A stretch of DNA of 47,841 bases from Kiritimatiellales bacterium (GTDB lineage: Bacteria > Verrucomicrobiota > Kiritimatiellia > UBA8416 > JAIOPI01): positions 1-47,841 of the forward strand of contig CAMFEP010000003.1 of assembly GCA_945949405.1 (NCBI GenBank). The letters run 5' to 3'. The notes beneath the pieces are model-generated. The model did not search any database. It was not told the DNA's origin and worked only from the letters and a program-made list of their open reading frames with translations. Within the stretch, counting starts at the first letter, position 1. Every line of letters begins with the position of its first letter. The position numbers and the translations under genes are program-made. Positions 19,499-27,909 of this stretch are shown here, one piece after another.

Positions 19499-21517
19499 TC
19501 ACCCGCGCAACACCTTGGCCGCCATCGCCAATTGCTGCCGGTCCCCCAACAACAGCACCTGGTCCCCCTCCTGCAATTCCTCATCAGGCCCCGGATTCAC
19601 AATGGTGCGTCCCACGCGCTCAATCGCCACGATGCTGGCCCCCGTCTCGGCGCGCAGCGCAAGCTCGCGAATGCGCTTGCCCGCCACCGCCCCGGCGACG
19701 ATCACCACGGAATCCATCGCCGCGTCACGCAACAAAGCCGGCAGGGGAAGGGCTGGCCCCTGCGGCTCCGAATGCGGCTGCGTCCAGGTCTCGACCAGCG
19801 CAAATTTGCCCCGCGTGTACAACCGGTTGAAGGTGGTGCCAAAAAAGAACACCGCCACCCCAATCACCACCAGCAACTCGAGCAGCAGATGCCGCGGCGG
19901 CAGAATTGTGGAACTCAACAACAAGGTGATCACGCCAAGCCCCGCCACGCAGAGCGCCAGAAACATATTCTCCACCACCCGCCGCAATATGGTCACATGC
20001 CTCCCCGCCGTCGCCGGGATGCTGATCTCCGCCAGCATCATGCCCAACGCCTGCAGCTTGCGAAACGTCGCCACGTAAATCGGCAGCGCCACCACCACCG
20101 CCAGCGTCCAGAACGCCGTGCGCGCCCCTCCCGGCAGGCGTTCCAACCCCGGCAAGGTCTGGACCAGCGAGGACCGCGCCGCGAATGCCGCGCTCACGAA
20201 GACACCCGCGATGAGCGCCACATTCAATAAATTCTGCCACACCAGGCTGCGCACCACGGCCAGCCCCTGATGCCGCTTCCCCGCATGCTTCAAGGCCGCG
20301 GTCCACCGCGTGTATAAATCCAAAGCCTCCCCCACCGGCCGGGGCGTGGCGCGCCCAAGCCGGCTCACCAGTCCGTCCGAGCCCCGGATCAGGTAGGGCG
20401 TCAACAGGGTGGTCAACACCGAAACCGCAACGGCAATCGGATACAAAAAGTCGCTCGTTACGTTCAGCGATAGGCCGAGTGCCGCAATAATAAAGGAGAA
20501 TTCCCCGATCTGGGCCAGCCCCATGCCCACCCGCAACGCCGTCCGGGGCCGGTTCCCCGCCAGAAACATGCCCAAACTGCAGGCCAGCACCTTGCCCAGA
20601 ATAAAGGTGACCGTGATGATCGCGATCGGCCAGGCATAGGTGCGCAGCAGCGCGGGATCGATCAGCAGCCCGATCGCCACAAAAAATACCGCGCTAAACA
20701 TATCCCGCAGCGGCTGGGTCAGGCGTTCGATCCGCGCCAGGTCGCGCGCCTCGGCAATCACCGCGCCAATCACGAACGCGCCCAAGGCCACGCTGTAGCC
20801 CATCTTGACCGCCAGCAACGATGACCCGAAGCAAAGCCCTAACACGGTCACCAGCAGCATCTCGTCACTCTTGTACCGCCCCACATGGTTCAGCAGCCGC
20901 GGCACCGCGATCAGCCCGATCACCAAAACCATCACCAGAAAAATCGCCAGGCGCCCGATCGTGGTCCCCACCGCCGCCACATCCATGGATCCGGTCATGG
21001 CAATGCCCGAAAGCAGCGCGATCATGATGATCGCCAGAATGTCTTCGATGATCAGGATGCCAAAAATCAACTCGGCAAACCGCTCCTTGCGCAGCCCCAG
21101 CTCACCCAGCGCCTTGATAAGGATTGTGGTCGACGAGATTGCCAGCATGGCCCCAAGGAAGATGCTGTCCATCGTGCCCCAGCCAAAGCCTCGGCCCAGC
21201 CCATAGCCAATGGCGATCATCACCGAAATTTCCAGCACCGCGGCCAGGGCGGCGGATTGTCCCACCTGCTTCACCTTGCGCAGATTGAACTCCAGCCCCA
21301 GCGAGAACATCAGGAAGATGATCCCCAGCTCGGCCAGCGTCTCGATCGTCTCCCGCTCCTGCACCAGCGGAAACGGCGGCGTGTGCGGGCCGATGATCAG
21401 CCCCGCCAGGATATACCCCAGCACCACGGGCTGCTTGAACCGGTGGCACAGGAGCGTCACCACCCCCGCCACAATCATCACCACCGCCAGATCCTGCAGA
21501 AAAATCAACGCATGCAC
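19499..21517 (-). CDS. CPA2-family cation:proton antiporter with a C-terminal RCK-C (TrkA-C) domain
   Basis: QPVVLGYILAG...GP, LMFSLGLEF, ISST, ILIIED, LGAF..G, FFVAIG, QIGEFSFI; C-terminal LRAETGASIVAIER...NPGPD. Confidence 0.93.
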   Translation of the reverse strand: MHALIFLQDLAVVMIVAGVVTLLCHRFKQPVVLGYILAGLIIGPHTPPFPLVQERETIETLAELGIIFLMFSLGLEFNLRKVKQVGQSAALAAVLEISVMIAIGYGLGRGFGWGTMDSIFLGAMLAISSTTILIKALGELGLRKERFAELIFGILIIEDILAIIMIALLSGIAMTGSMDVAAVGTTIGRLAIFLVMVLVIGLIAVPRLLNHVGRYKSDEMLLVTVLGLCFGSSLLAVKMGYSVALGAFVIGAVIAEARDLARIERLTQPLRDMFSAVFFVAIGLLIDPALLRTYAWPIAIITVTFILGKVLACSLGMFLAGNRPRTALRVGMGLAQIGEFSFIIAALGLSLNVTSDFLYPIAVAVSVLTTLLTPYLIRGSDGLVSRLGRATPRPVGEALDLYTRWTAALKHAGKRHQGLAVVRSLVWQNLLNVALIAGVFVSAAFAARSSLVQTLPGLERLPGGARTAFWTLAVVVALPIYVATFRKLQALGMMLAEISIPATAGRHVTILRRVVENMFLALCVAGLGVITLLLSSTILPPRHLLLELLVVIGVAVFFFGTTFNRLYTRGKFALVETWTQPHSEPQGPALPLPALLRDAAMDSVVIVAGAVAGKRIRELALRAETGASIVAIERVGRTIVNPGPDEELQEGDQVLLLGDRQQLAMAAKVLRG

Positions 21518-21839
21518 AGTGCCACAGGCAATGCCAAAAAACAGCCGCCAAGGCCACTAGAAATCCTCCAAAGAGACGTTTGGGATCACGAAATTTGGCG
21601 GCCGGGTCCAAAGCCGCGGACCACCGTTATTGTGTATGTTTCAATCCGGGGTGGACCGCGGCGTCCCGACGCGGTCAGGCTTCGGAATGCGCAAACGTCT
21701 ATGGCGGGCTGTCGCCCGCAACCCAACGGGAGGGGCGGCCGCTTGGCCGCCCAAGCGCCGCGTGGCCGCGGCCCCACCCAAAACATACACGCAAACGTGT
21801 ATCCGGTTCAAAAAGGTTCTAAACAGTACACAACCAAAA

Positions 21840-21916
21840 TGGGGCGAGTGACGGGGATCGAACCCGCGACATTCAGAACCACAATCTGACGCTCTACCAA
21901 CTGAGCTACACCCGCC
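21840..21916 (-). tRNA. tRNA-His(GTG)
   Basis: GGCGGGTGTAGCTCAGTTGGTAGAGCGTCAGATT-GTG-GTTCTGAATGTCGCGGGTTCGATCCCCGTCACTCGCCCCA folds as a cloverleaf with G-1:C73 and an encoded CCA. Confidence 0.97.
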
Positions 21917-22124
21917 ATGCGCTGGCAGCGGCCGGCACGCGACCGCCCACCATTGACAAGCCCATTACTCTAGCCAGCCCCCTGCCGAGTTCAACCCTTT
22001 TCGCGCATCGAAATCAGATCTCCGGGAAATCTGTATCCGCGTCCATCCGCGTTCAGATGCGGTTTCCGCGTTCCCTTCAAAATGCCGCTTGCAGTCTGAC
22101 CGGCCCGGATTAAGCTCTTTCGGC

Positions 22125-25049
22125 GTGAAGAAGTTTTTGCGATTGAGCTTGTTATGCATCCTGTTGGACGGCCCGCTCGCCGTTGCCAATCCCCTTCCCG
22201 ATGCTCCCGCCGCGAATAATCCGGCCCCGGAAACCAGCCAGCCAACCGTCGCCTCGTTCGCCGCGCAGGCGCGTTCGCAGATTGATGCGCGGCTCCTTGA
22301 TGAAGCCTCCCACACCTTGCAGCAGGGCTTGGAGGTCTTCCCGGATAGCGCCCTCCTGCTGCGCCTCAAGGGTGCGCTAGAACGCCGACAGGGCAACAAT
22401 GCCGCGGCACTCATTACCCACGAAGCCCTCGCCAAGGCCGACCCAGCCAACGAAGCAGACAGGTCCGTGCTGGCCCTGCTCCTGGCAGACGCCGCCACCC
22501 GCGCCACCACCCAGGACGCCGCCGCCATGCTCGCCCGCGCCATGCCACTTTCCGACTACAACGCCGATATCACCGCCGCTTACTGTCTCGCCGCCGCCCG
22601 CGTCAAACAACCCGAAGCCGTGATCGCCGCCTACGAACACCTCGACGCGCCGCATCGCGAACACCCCAGCCTGCTCACCGCCGCCGCCGCCAGCTACCGC
22701 GAACTGGAGCGCTTCGACGATGCCGCCACCCTCTATGACCGACTGCTCACCGCCTCGCCCAAAGACCCGGCGCTGGCCGACGCCTACGTCGACGCGCTGC
22801 TCAAGGGCCAGTCCGCCACCACCGGCGCGCGCGTCGCCGCCGCCGCGAAACGGCACCCCGACTGCCTCCCGCTGCTGCGCGCCTATGTGCAGTGGTGTCT
22901 CGATCACGGCGAACCCTGGCGCGGCCTGCAAACCCTGACGCAAGTGCTCATGATGGCACCCGACGAACACAATGCCGCCAACCAGCGCGTCGCCCTCCTG
23001 GCCGACCTCGGCTGCGCCACCCTCGCCCGGGATTTCACCAAAACCTACAACACCACCATCGATGAGACCGTGCAGCAGCGTGTGCGCACCCGCATGGCGG
23101 AGGCAGAAGCCAACTGGCGAAGGATCGACAGCACCGCCGGCGCACCGTCTGACCTCCAGCCCGGACTCCAAACGGAACCCACAACAGCCCCCAAAGGCTT
23201 GCTGACGCTGGACTATGGCGACATCACCGAGGAAGCCGCGCCGGGTTCCACCAGCGTGGATCTGACCATGCTGATCCAGCAAATTGAGTATCTGCGTGGA
23301 CACGGCTTCAAATTCGTCAGCGATCGCGACGTGTCCGCCGCCAGGCGCGGGAAGAAACCTTTGCCGGCGCGGGCCGCGTTGCTCCTCTTCCACGGCGGAT
23401 TCGCCTCATTCGCCGAGCGCGTCATGCCCGTTCTCGAGCAATATCACTATCCCGCGCTCCTCGCCATTCCCACCGCAAAACTAGAGCAAAAACGCGTCGC
23501 CGCCCCCACGCCCGCCCTGATGACATGGGAACAGGTGCGCACCCTTGCCGCCAATCCGATGCTCACGCTGGTTTCCATGTCCCACAGTCTGGACAACGTT
23601 GCCCAAAGCAACCCACAGGGCCGCCTGGCCCCGGCCGCGCATTCCTGCCTCTATCTTCCCCAAACCTCGCGCTACGAAACCGTCGATGAATATCGCGAGC
23701 GCATCACGGCCGATCTCAAAACCTCCCAACGCCTGCTCGCCTCGCGCACGGGGCGAGTGACCGACATTCTGCTCTGGCCGGAGGGCGTCTATAATCACCT
23801 CACCCTCGATGCGGCGCGCATGCTCGACTATGGCCTGATGTTTGCCGCGGAAACCCCCAACATGCCAAGGGACACGGACGTATTCCCCACCTTCGTGCCC
23901 GTCGGCGCCACCACCCTGGAAAACTTCGCCAGCCGCGTTTGGCAGTGGGGCCTGCCCCCCAAGCCAGACACCCGCCCTTCCCTCGCCATGCCGCTCAATC
24001 TCGCCAGCGTCATCGGCAGCTCGGCGGATCAAACCCGCGCCAATCTCTCCACCGCCGTGGAGCGCGCCGTCAGCGCCGGGGTGGACACAGTCTATCTGTC
24101 CGCCTGCACGGACGAAAATGGCGACGGCGCCGCCGAATCCGCCTTCTTCCCCAACCGTACCCTGCCCATGAAAGCCGACCTCCTCGACCACGCCGCAAGC
24201 CTGCTGCGCTATCGCGGAATCGAGGTCGTGGTGGTCATGCCCGTGCTCGGCATCCACCCGCCCGTGAAGGAACCTGATCAACGCCTCCTCGTCATGGAAT
24301 TCCACCTGGGCCAGGTTGCCCCGGACCCCTGGCGCTTCCGCCTGACACCATTCCACCCGGAGGCCCTCCGCATGATTCGTGAATTGCACGAGGATCTGGC
24401 CGCGCACGTGGACCTGGACAACGTGCTCTTCGGCCGTGACGCCTACTTGACGGATTTTGAGGATGGAGGCCCCATGGCCGCGGCATTCGCCCGTGAAAAA
24501 GCCGGCATTCACGAGCGCAATCCGAAAGAGTTTTCGCCCGACCAACGCCAGCAGTGGGTGGCGTTGAAATCCGTTACCATCGGCAATCTTCTCGACGACC
24601 TGCAGGCCGCCATTACCCTCTGGCACCCCTCCGCCCGGTTTGGCCGCTTCCTCTATGCACCCGTCCTGCTCGATCCCATCGCCCGTGAATGGTTTACCCA
24701 GGACTACCAGGCAACCCTCGCCAAGTACCACTTCGTCTGTGTCGACGCGAATCCCGAACTTTATGCGACGGAATCCCCCCTGGCCTGGCTGCATGATCTC
24801 GCCGCCAAGGCTGCGGCAACCCCTCAAGGCATCGAAAAAACCGTCTTTTGCATCCCCCTTCTGCAGGACAAACAGGAAGATTGGCTGTCAAAATCATCCT
24901 GGACCAAACGCACCGTGGAATTGGGCTCCGCCGGCGCCCGGCATATGGCCTTTGAGCCCGATCTGCCCCTCCAGGATACCCCCTCCCTGTCCTCCATTCA
25001 GGCCGTTCACAGGGCAATCGACCGTCTCACCCCCACCCCAAAACACTAG
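22125..25049 (+). CDS. TPR region fused to PgaB-like CE4 and GH153-type domains, with degenerate catalytic motifs
   Basis: Signal peptide and TPR-like helices, then PgaB-like LR..G...VS...KPLP..A.LL.F, TW.QV, RYET..EYRERI..D, WP.G, FFPNR.LPMKADL, RLTPF, W...KS, EWF.QDY. Likely start is GTG 22125. Confidence 0.85.
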   Translation: MKKFLRLSLLCILLDGPLAVANPLPDAPAANNPAPETSQPTVASFAAQARSQIDARLLDEASHTLQQGLEVFPDSALLLRLKGALERRQGNNAAALITHEALAKADPANEADRSVLALLLADAATRATTQDAAAMLARAMPLSDYNADITAAYCLAAARVKQPEAVIAAYEHLDAPHREHPSLLTAAAASYRELERFDDAATLYDRLLTASPKDPALADAYVDALLKGQSATTGARVAAAAKRHPDCLPLLRAYVQWCLDHGEPWRGLQTLTQVLMMAPDEHNAANQRVALLADLGCATLARDFTKTYNTTIDETVQQRVRTRMAEAEANWRRIDSTAGAPSDLQPGLQTEPTTAPKGLLTLDYGDITEEAAPGSTSVDLTMLIQQIEYLRGHGFKFVSDRDVSAARRGKKPLPARAALLLFHGGFASFAERVMPVLEQYHYPALLAIPTAKLEQKRVAAPTPALMTWEQVRTLAANPMLTLVSMSHSLDNVAQSNPQGRLAPAAHSCLYLPQTSRYETVDEYRERITADLKTSQRLLASRTGRVTDILLWPEGVYNHLTLDAARMLDYGLMFAAETPNMPRDTDVFPTFVPVGATTLENFASRVWQWGLPPKPDTRPSLAMPLNLASVIGSSADQTRANLSTAVERAVSAGVDTVYLSACTDENGDGAAESAFFPNRTLPMKADLLDHAASLLRYRGIEVVVVMPVLGIHPPVKEPDQRLLVMEFHLGQVAPDPWRFRLTPFHPEALRMIRELHEDLAAHVDLDNVLFGRDAYLTDFEDGGPMAAAFAREKAGIHERNPKEFSPDQRQQWVALKSVTIGNLLDDLQAAITLWHPSARFGRFLYAPVLLDPIAREWFTQDYQATLAKYHFVCVDANPELYATESPLAWLHDLAAKAAATPQGIEKTVFCIPLLQDKQEDWLSKSSWTKRTVELGSAGARHMAFEPDLPLQDTPSLSSIQAVHRAIDRLTPTPKH

Positions 25050-25245
25050 CACCCACCGTTAAACGGGGGCGCTGGGCTCATGGGGATGCCTTTCCCAATA
25101 TTTTCCCGCATTTACGCTGGACTTTCACAACCTGTTTTTGTACAGAACTCATGCGCTTCGGCTCGGAAAAAATGTCGGGTGTTCAATGAACACCACCCCG
25201 CATGCAAGGCGATTCGAGTGGGGCAACCCACGGGAGTATTGCTGC

Positions 25246-25770
25246 ATGAAGTCACGATCTAGCTCGGATGTCTGGTTCTCATCTACGCTTCTTTCTCTCG
25301 GGATGCTGTTCCTCGCCAGCATTCGCGCAACGGCCGCCAATGGCGCATCGGCCGAAATCAAAGTCCCGATCATCATGGAAGAAGCAACGGTGCGCGGAAA
25401 AGTCGCCGTATTGGAATCCGCCCGCGAGGAGCGCAAGGTCATCTCCGGCCTCAAGGTGGAGGTCTATTCCACAAAGGTCGCGGAAACCCAGGAAAAGCAT
25501 CGCTGGGGTAAACAGCCAACCACCACACAATTGGAAAAAAACAAGTTGCTCCACGAAACCCAGACAGATGATTTGGGGCTGTTCGACCTACCCCTCTTGG
25601 ACGTGGGCGATTATCTGCTGCATGTCAGCCAGGTTCAGTTCCGCCTCACCGTTATTTCCCAGTCAGCCGAGCGCGCAGGACAATCCGAGCCAAAGGTCCT
25701 GTTGATCCTGATTCCGAAGGAAGTCGTGAGCCTCCGTTCGGAAGAAAAGCCAAAAGAGCCCGCACCTTGA
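25246..25770 (+). CDS. Secreted protein, carboxypeptidase-regulatory/transthyretin-like beta fold
   Basis: Signal peptide; VRGKV...GLKVEVY...TQTDDLGLFDLP.L..GDY.L.V; paralog of 27195-27635. Confidence 0.7.
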   Translation: MKSRSSSDVWFSSTLLSLGMLFLASIRATAANGASAEIKVPIIMEEATVRGKVAVLESAREERKVISGLKVEVYSTKVAETQEKHRWGKQPTTTQLEKNKLLHETQTDDLGLFDLPLLDVGDYLLHVSQVQFRLTVISQSAERAGQSEPKVLLILIPKEVVSLRSEEKPKEPAP

Positions 25771-26060
25771 TGAATTGTTGCCCTGCCCCCACGGGCAGGG
25801 CAAATCTTGCGCAATCTTGGGTTTTATTGAAAACCACGCGCAATTCCGTCGACAACCCCCACCGTCCACGCCCTTTGCCTGTCTCCGGGTATCCCCAATC
25901 CCCTTTGGTTATTTCCAGCCTGTAGCCAGCGGGGTCCCTTGGCCTTCGTCGCCACCTGGGCGAACACAGGCTGACCCGGGCCCCAACCTATGGACCCAAC
26001 AAGGCCGACTACAGCAGGCAAAATACACCATAAATCTTTGAAAATCCCAACATTACCCAC

Positions 26061-26098
26061 AAAAAAAGCGACCCTCCCAAAACTTGGGAGGGTCGCTT
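26061..26098 (-). terminator. Intrinsic terminator of the beta-barrel gene
   Basis: Perfect stem GCGACCCTCCCAA/TTGGGAGGGTCGC followed by T7 on the minus strand. Confidence 0.9.
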
Positions 26099-26122
26099 GA
26101 CAATCGGCACCTGGCGCTTCGA

Positions 26123-26719
26123 TTAGAACTCGCCGCGCACGCCGAACTGAATAGCAAGACTGGTCATCTCGAACGTGTCATCCGAGGGCGTCCCGCTGTT
26201 CGTGGTAACATCCAAAGACGTGTCGATCAAATCCACCGAAACCAGATACTTGATCTTGTCACCCATGGCGATTCCCACGCCCACGAGGAACCCGGTGTCC
26301 GAATCAAATTCGATGTCATCGTTCTCCAGCCACTCCGGGTCCGGAAAGTAAACCAACCCCACGCGCGGCCCGATGTCCAAGGACTCGGAAACCGAGATGT
26401 ACCCTTCCAACAGAATCTGCAGCATGAAGGAACGGAACCCATCGTTGATGATGACGCCGCCACCGCCCAAGAGGTCCACATAACACCTGTCACCAACCGG
26501 CATCCCCACACCCAAGGCAATGTTGGGCATCGTGTAGACTTCCGAGAGGCTTGTTTTCGAGCCATCGGCGCCCGTCACCGAAAACTTGTCGCCACTCGTA
26601 TCCAAGAGGATACTCGCCGGCTGTGCGTTGATCACGAAATCCAAGTCCGTTTCAGCGCGCGCGGATTGCAACCCCACGAGGGCAACCAACGCCGCCACCA
26701 ATCCCGTTGTCTTGTGCAT
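26123..26719 (-). CDS. Small outer-membrane beta-barrel protein
   Basis: Signal peptide (..SARA), alternating amphipathic strands, C-terminal IQFGVRGEF ending in Phe. Confidence 0.78.
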   Translation of the reverse strand: MHKTTGLVAALVALVGLQSARAETDLDFVINAQPASILLDTSGDKFSVTGADGSKTSLSEVYTMPNIALGVGMPVGDRCYVDLLGGGGVIINDGFRSFMLQILLEGYISVSESLDIGPRVGLVYFPDPEWLENDDIEFDSDTGFLVGVGIAMGDKIKYLVSVDLIDTSLDVTTNSGTPSDDTFEMTSLAIQFGVRGEF

Positions 26720-26984
26720 GCTGTGTCCTTAGTTACACACGAGGGCTTTATGGCCCAAATCTGAAATCGAAGTCTAGCGGCGTGTTCCGGATGGCGCAAT
26801 CATTTTGTGGGACTTTTCGCACGCCTCGATTTCACGCCCCACACTACTGTAAAAAACTGACCAGCGCTGTATCCATTCGCGACAGTGCTCAAGCCGTCAT
26901 ATGAATCAAGGGGACATCACCAAAACCCCATGCCAAGTCCGGCCACAACCCACTCGCCTTGGTTTCCGTCAGGCACCGACCTCT

Positions 26985-27000
26985 CGGCACGATTCGTGCT
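26985..27000 (+). promoter_or_regulatory. Putative sigma54 -24/-12 promoter
   Basis: CGGCACGATTCGTGCT has GG-N10-GC and lies upstream of the gene at 27195. Confidence 0.6.
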
Positions 27001-27194
27001 AAAACCACCCCATCGCATGGCAAAGGATGCAATCGCATGGGAAGTGTGGCCGTTTCGGGAAATGCCCGGTTGTTTGTGGAGGCCGGTAGCGCGGCGGGGC
27101 AAAACCAGAAAAATAAGCACGGAACAAGATTGACGGGAGCAGTAGAAAAAACTACACTCCTGACCATCTTTAGCAATGCGTGAAAGGAGACAGT

Positions 27195-27635
27195 ATGGTT
27201 AAGACAGCAACAACGCTTATGGTGCTGACGGCGGTTATGGCAGTCGGCATCGCACAGGCCGCGCCCGATGTGGCGGTGCTACCGGCTGACGTGCGAGGGA
27301 TCGTGTTGCTCCCCGATGGGGAGACGCCCGTGGACCGGCTGGCGGTCAGGGTATGGAATGCGGACACGGAAGAGGTCATCTACCGGACCAGAACGGACCG
27401 GGATGGCATCTTCGATGTACCCAAGCCGGAGCAGGAGGGGAACTTCTATGTCACGGTCGGGCCTGTCAGGATCGATATGCGCATCCTGACGGCGCGTGCC
27501 GGTGTCACCCCCCAGCCGCATGGGTTCGTCGTGGTTATCCCGAAACGGATGCCCCTGATCGCACCCTTGGTTCCGAGTACGATCACAGCGACAGCCGGAG
27601 CCTTGGCTCTGGCACCTGAAGTCGTGAGCCCATAA
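27195..27635 (+). CDS. Secreted protein with a carboxypeptidase-regulatory-like fold and a Thr/Ala tail ending VVSP
   Basis: AAGGAG RBS; signal peptide (..AQA); VRGIVLLPDGETPV..LAVRVW...TRTDRDG.F.VP...G.FYV.V. Confidence 0.8.
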   Translation: MVKTATTLMVLTAVMAVGIAQAAPDVAVLPADVRGIVLLPDGETPVDRLAVRVWNADTEEVIYRTRTDRDGIFDVPKPEQEGNFYVTVGPVRIDMRILTARAGVTPQPHGFVVVIPKRMPLIAPLVPSTITATAGALALAPEVVSP

Positions 27636-27671
27636 AGCGTACATCGGGCTTCGAATCAACGAAGTACCTTG

Positions 27672-27707
27672 AGAGAGCAGCAGGGAAACCTGTTGCTCTC
27701 TTTTTTT
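27672..27707 (+). terminator. Intrinsic terminator between the small secreted gene and wza
   Basis: AGAGAGCAGCAGG-GAAA-CCTGTTGCTCTCT followed by a T run. Confidence 0.88.
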
Positions 27708-27831
27708 GTCGTGACCCACTTTGAATTGTGACCGCGGAAGGCGCGGACAACTTGCCCACCCATGCTGCGCGGCGCCAAGCAACACAGCACGTCGCACCCT
27801 TCCCGCCCCTGTGACACCCGCCCCTGTGGCC

Positions 27832-27860
27832 TTGTCAGTGCGCCCCGCTCCAGTTATAGT
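27832..27860 (+). promoter_or_regulatory. Putative sigma70 promoter of the wza operon
   Basis: TTGTCA-N17-TATAGT, preceded by a direct repeat CCCGCCCCTGTG (27802 and 27817). Confidence 0.55.
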
Positions 27861-27909
27861 CGCGCCCGAATCATGCTTGGATCGAATCTGCGTTTCAAAA
27901 AGGATGCTT

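Noticed and set aside
21840-21916. tRNA-His as the integration site of an island
   Set aside because: No integrase and no duplicated tRNA 3' end were seen, and the polysaccharide locus lies on the tRNA's 5' side.
22125-25049. Functional pgaABCD (PNAG) operon
   Set aside because: No PgaC, PgaD or PgaA barrel is in the window, and the catalytic motifs are degenerate.
26920-26936. Minus-strand sigma54 promoter for the beta-barrel gene (TGGCATGGGGTTTTGG)
   Set aside because: It has the -24 GG but lacks GC at the required spacing.
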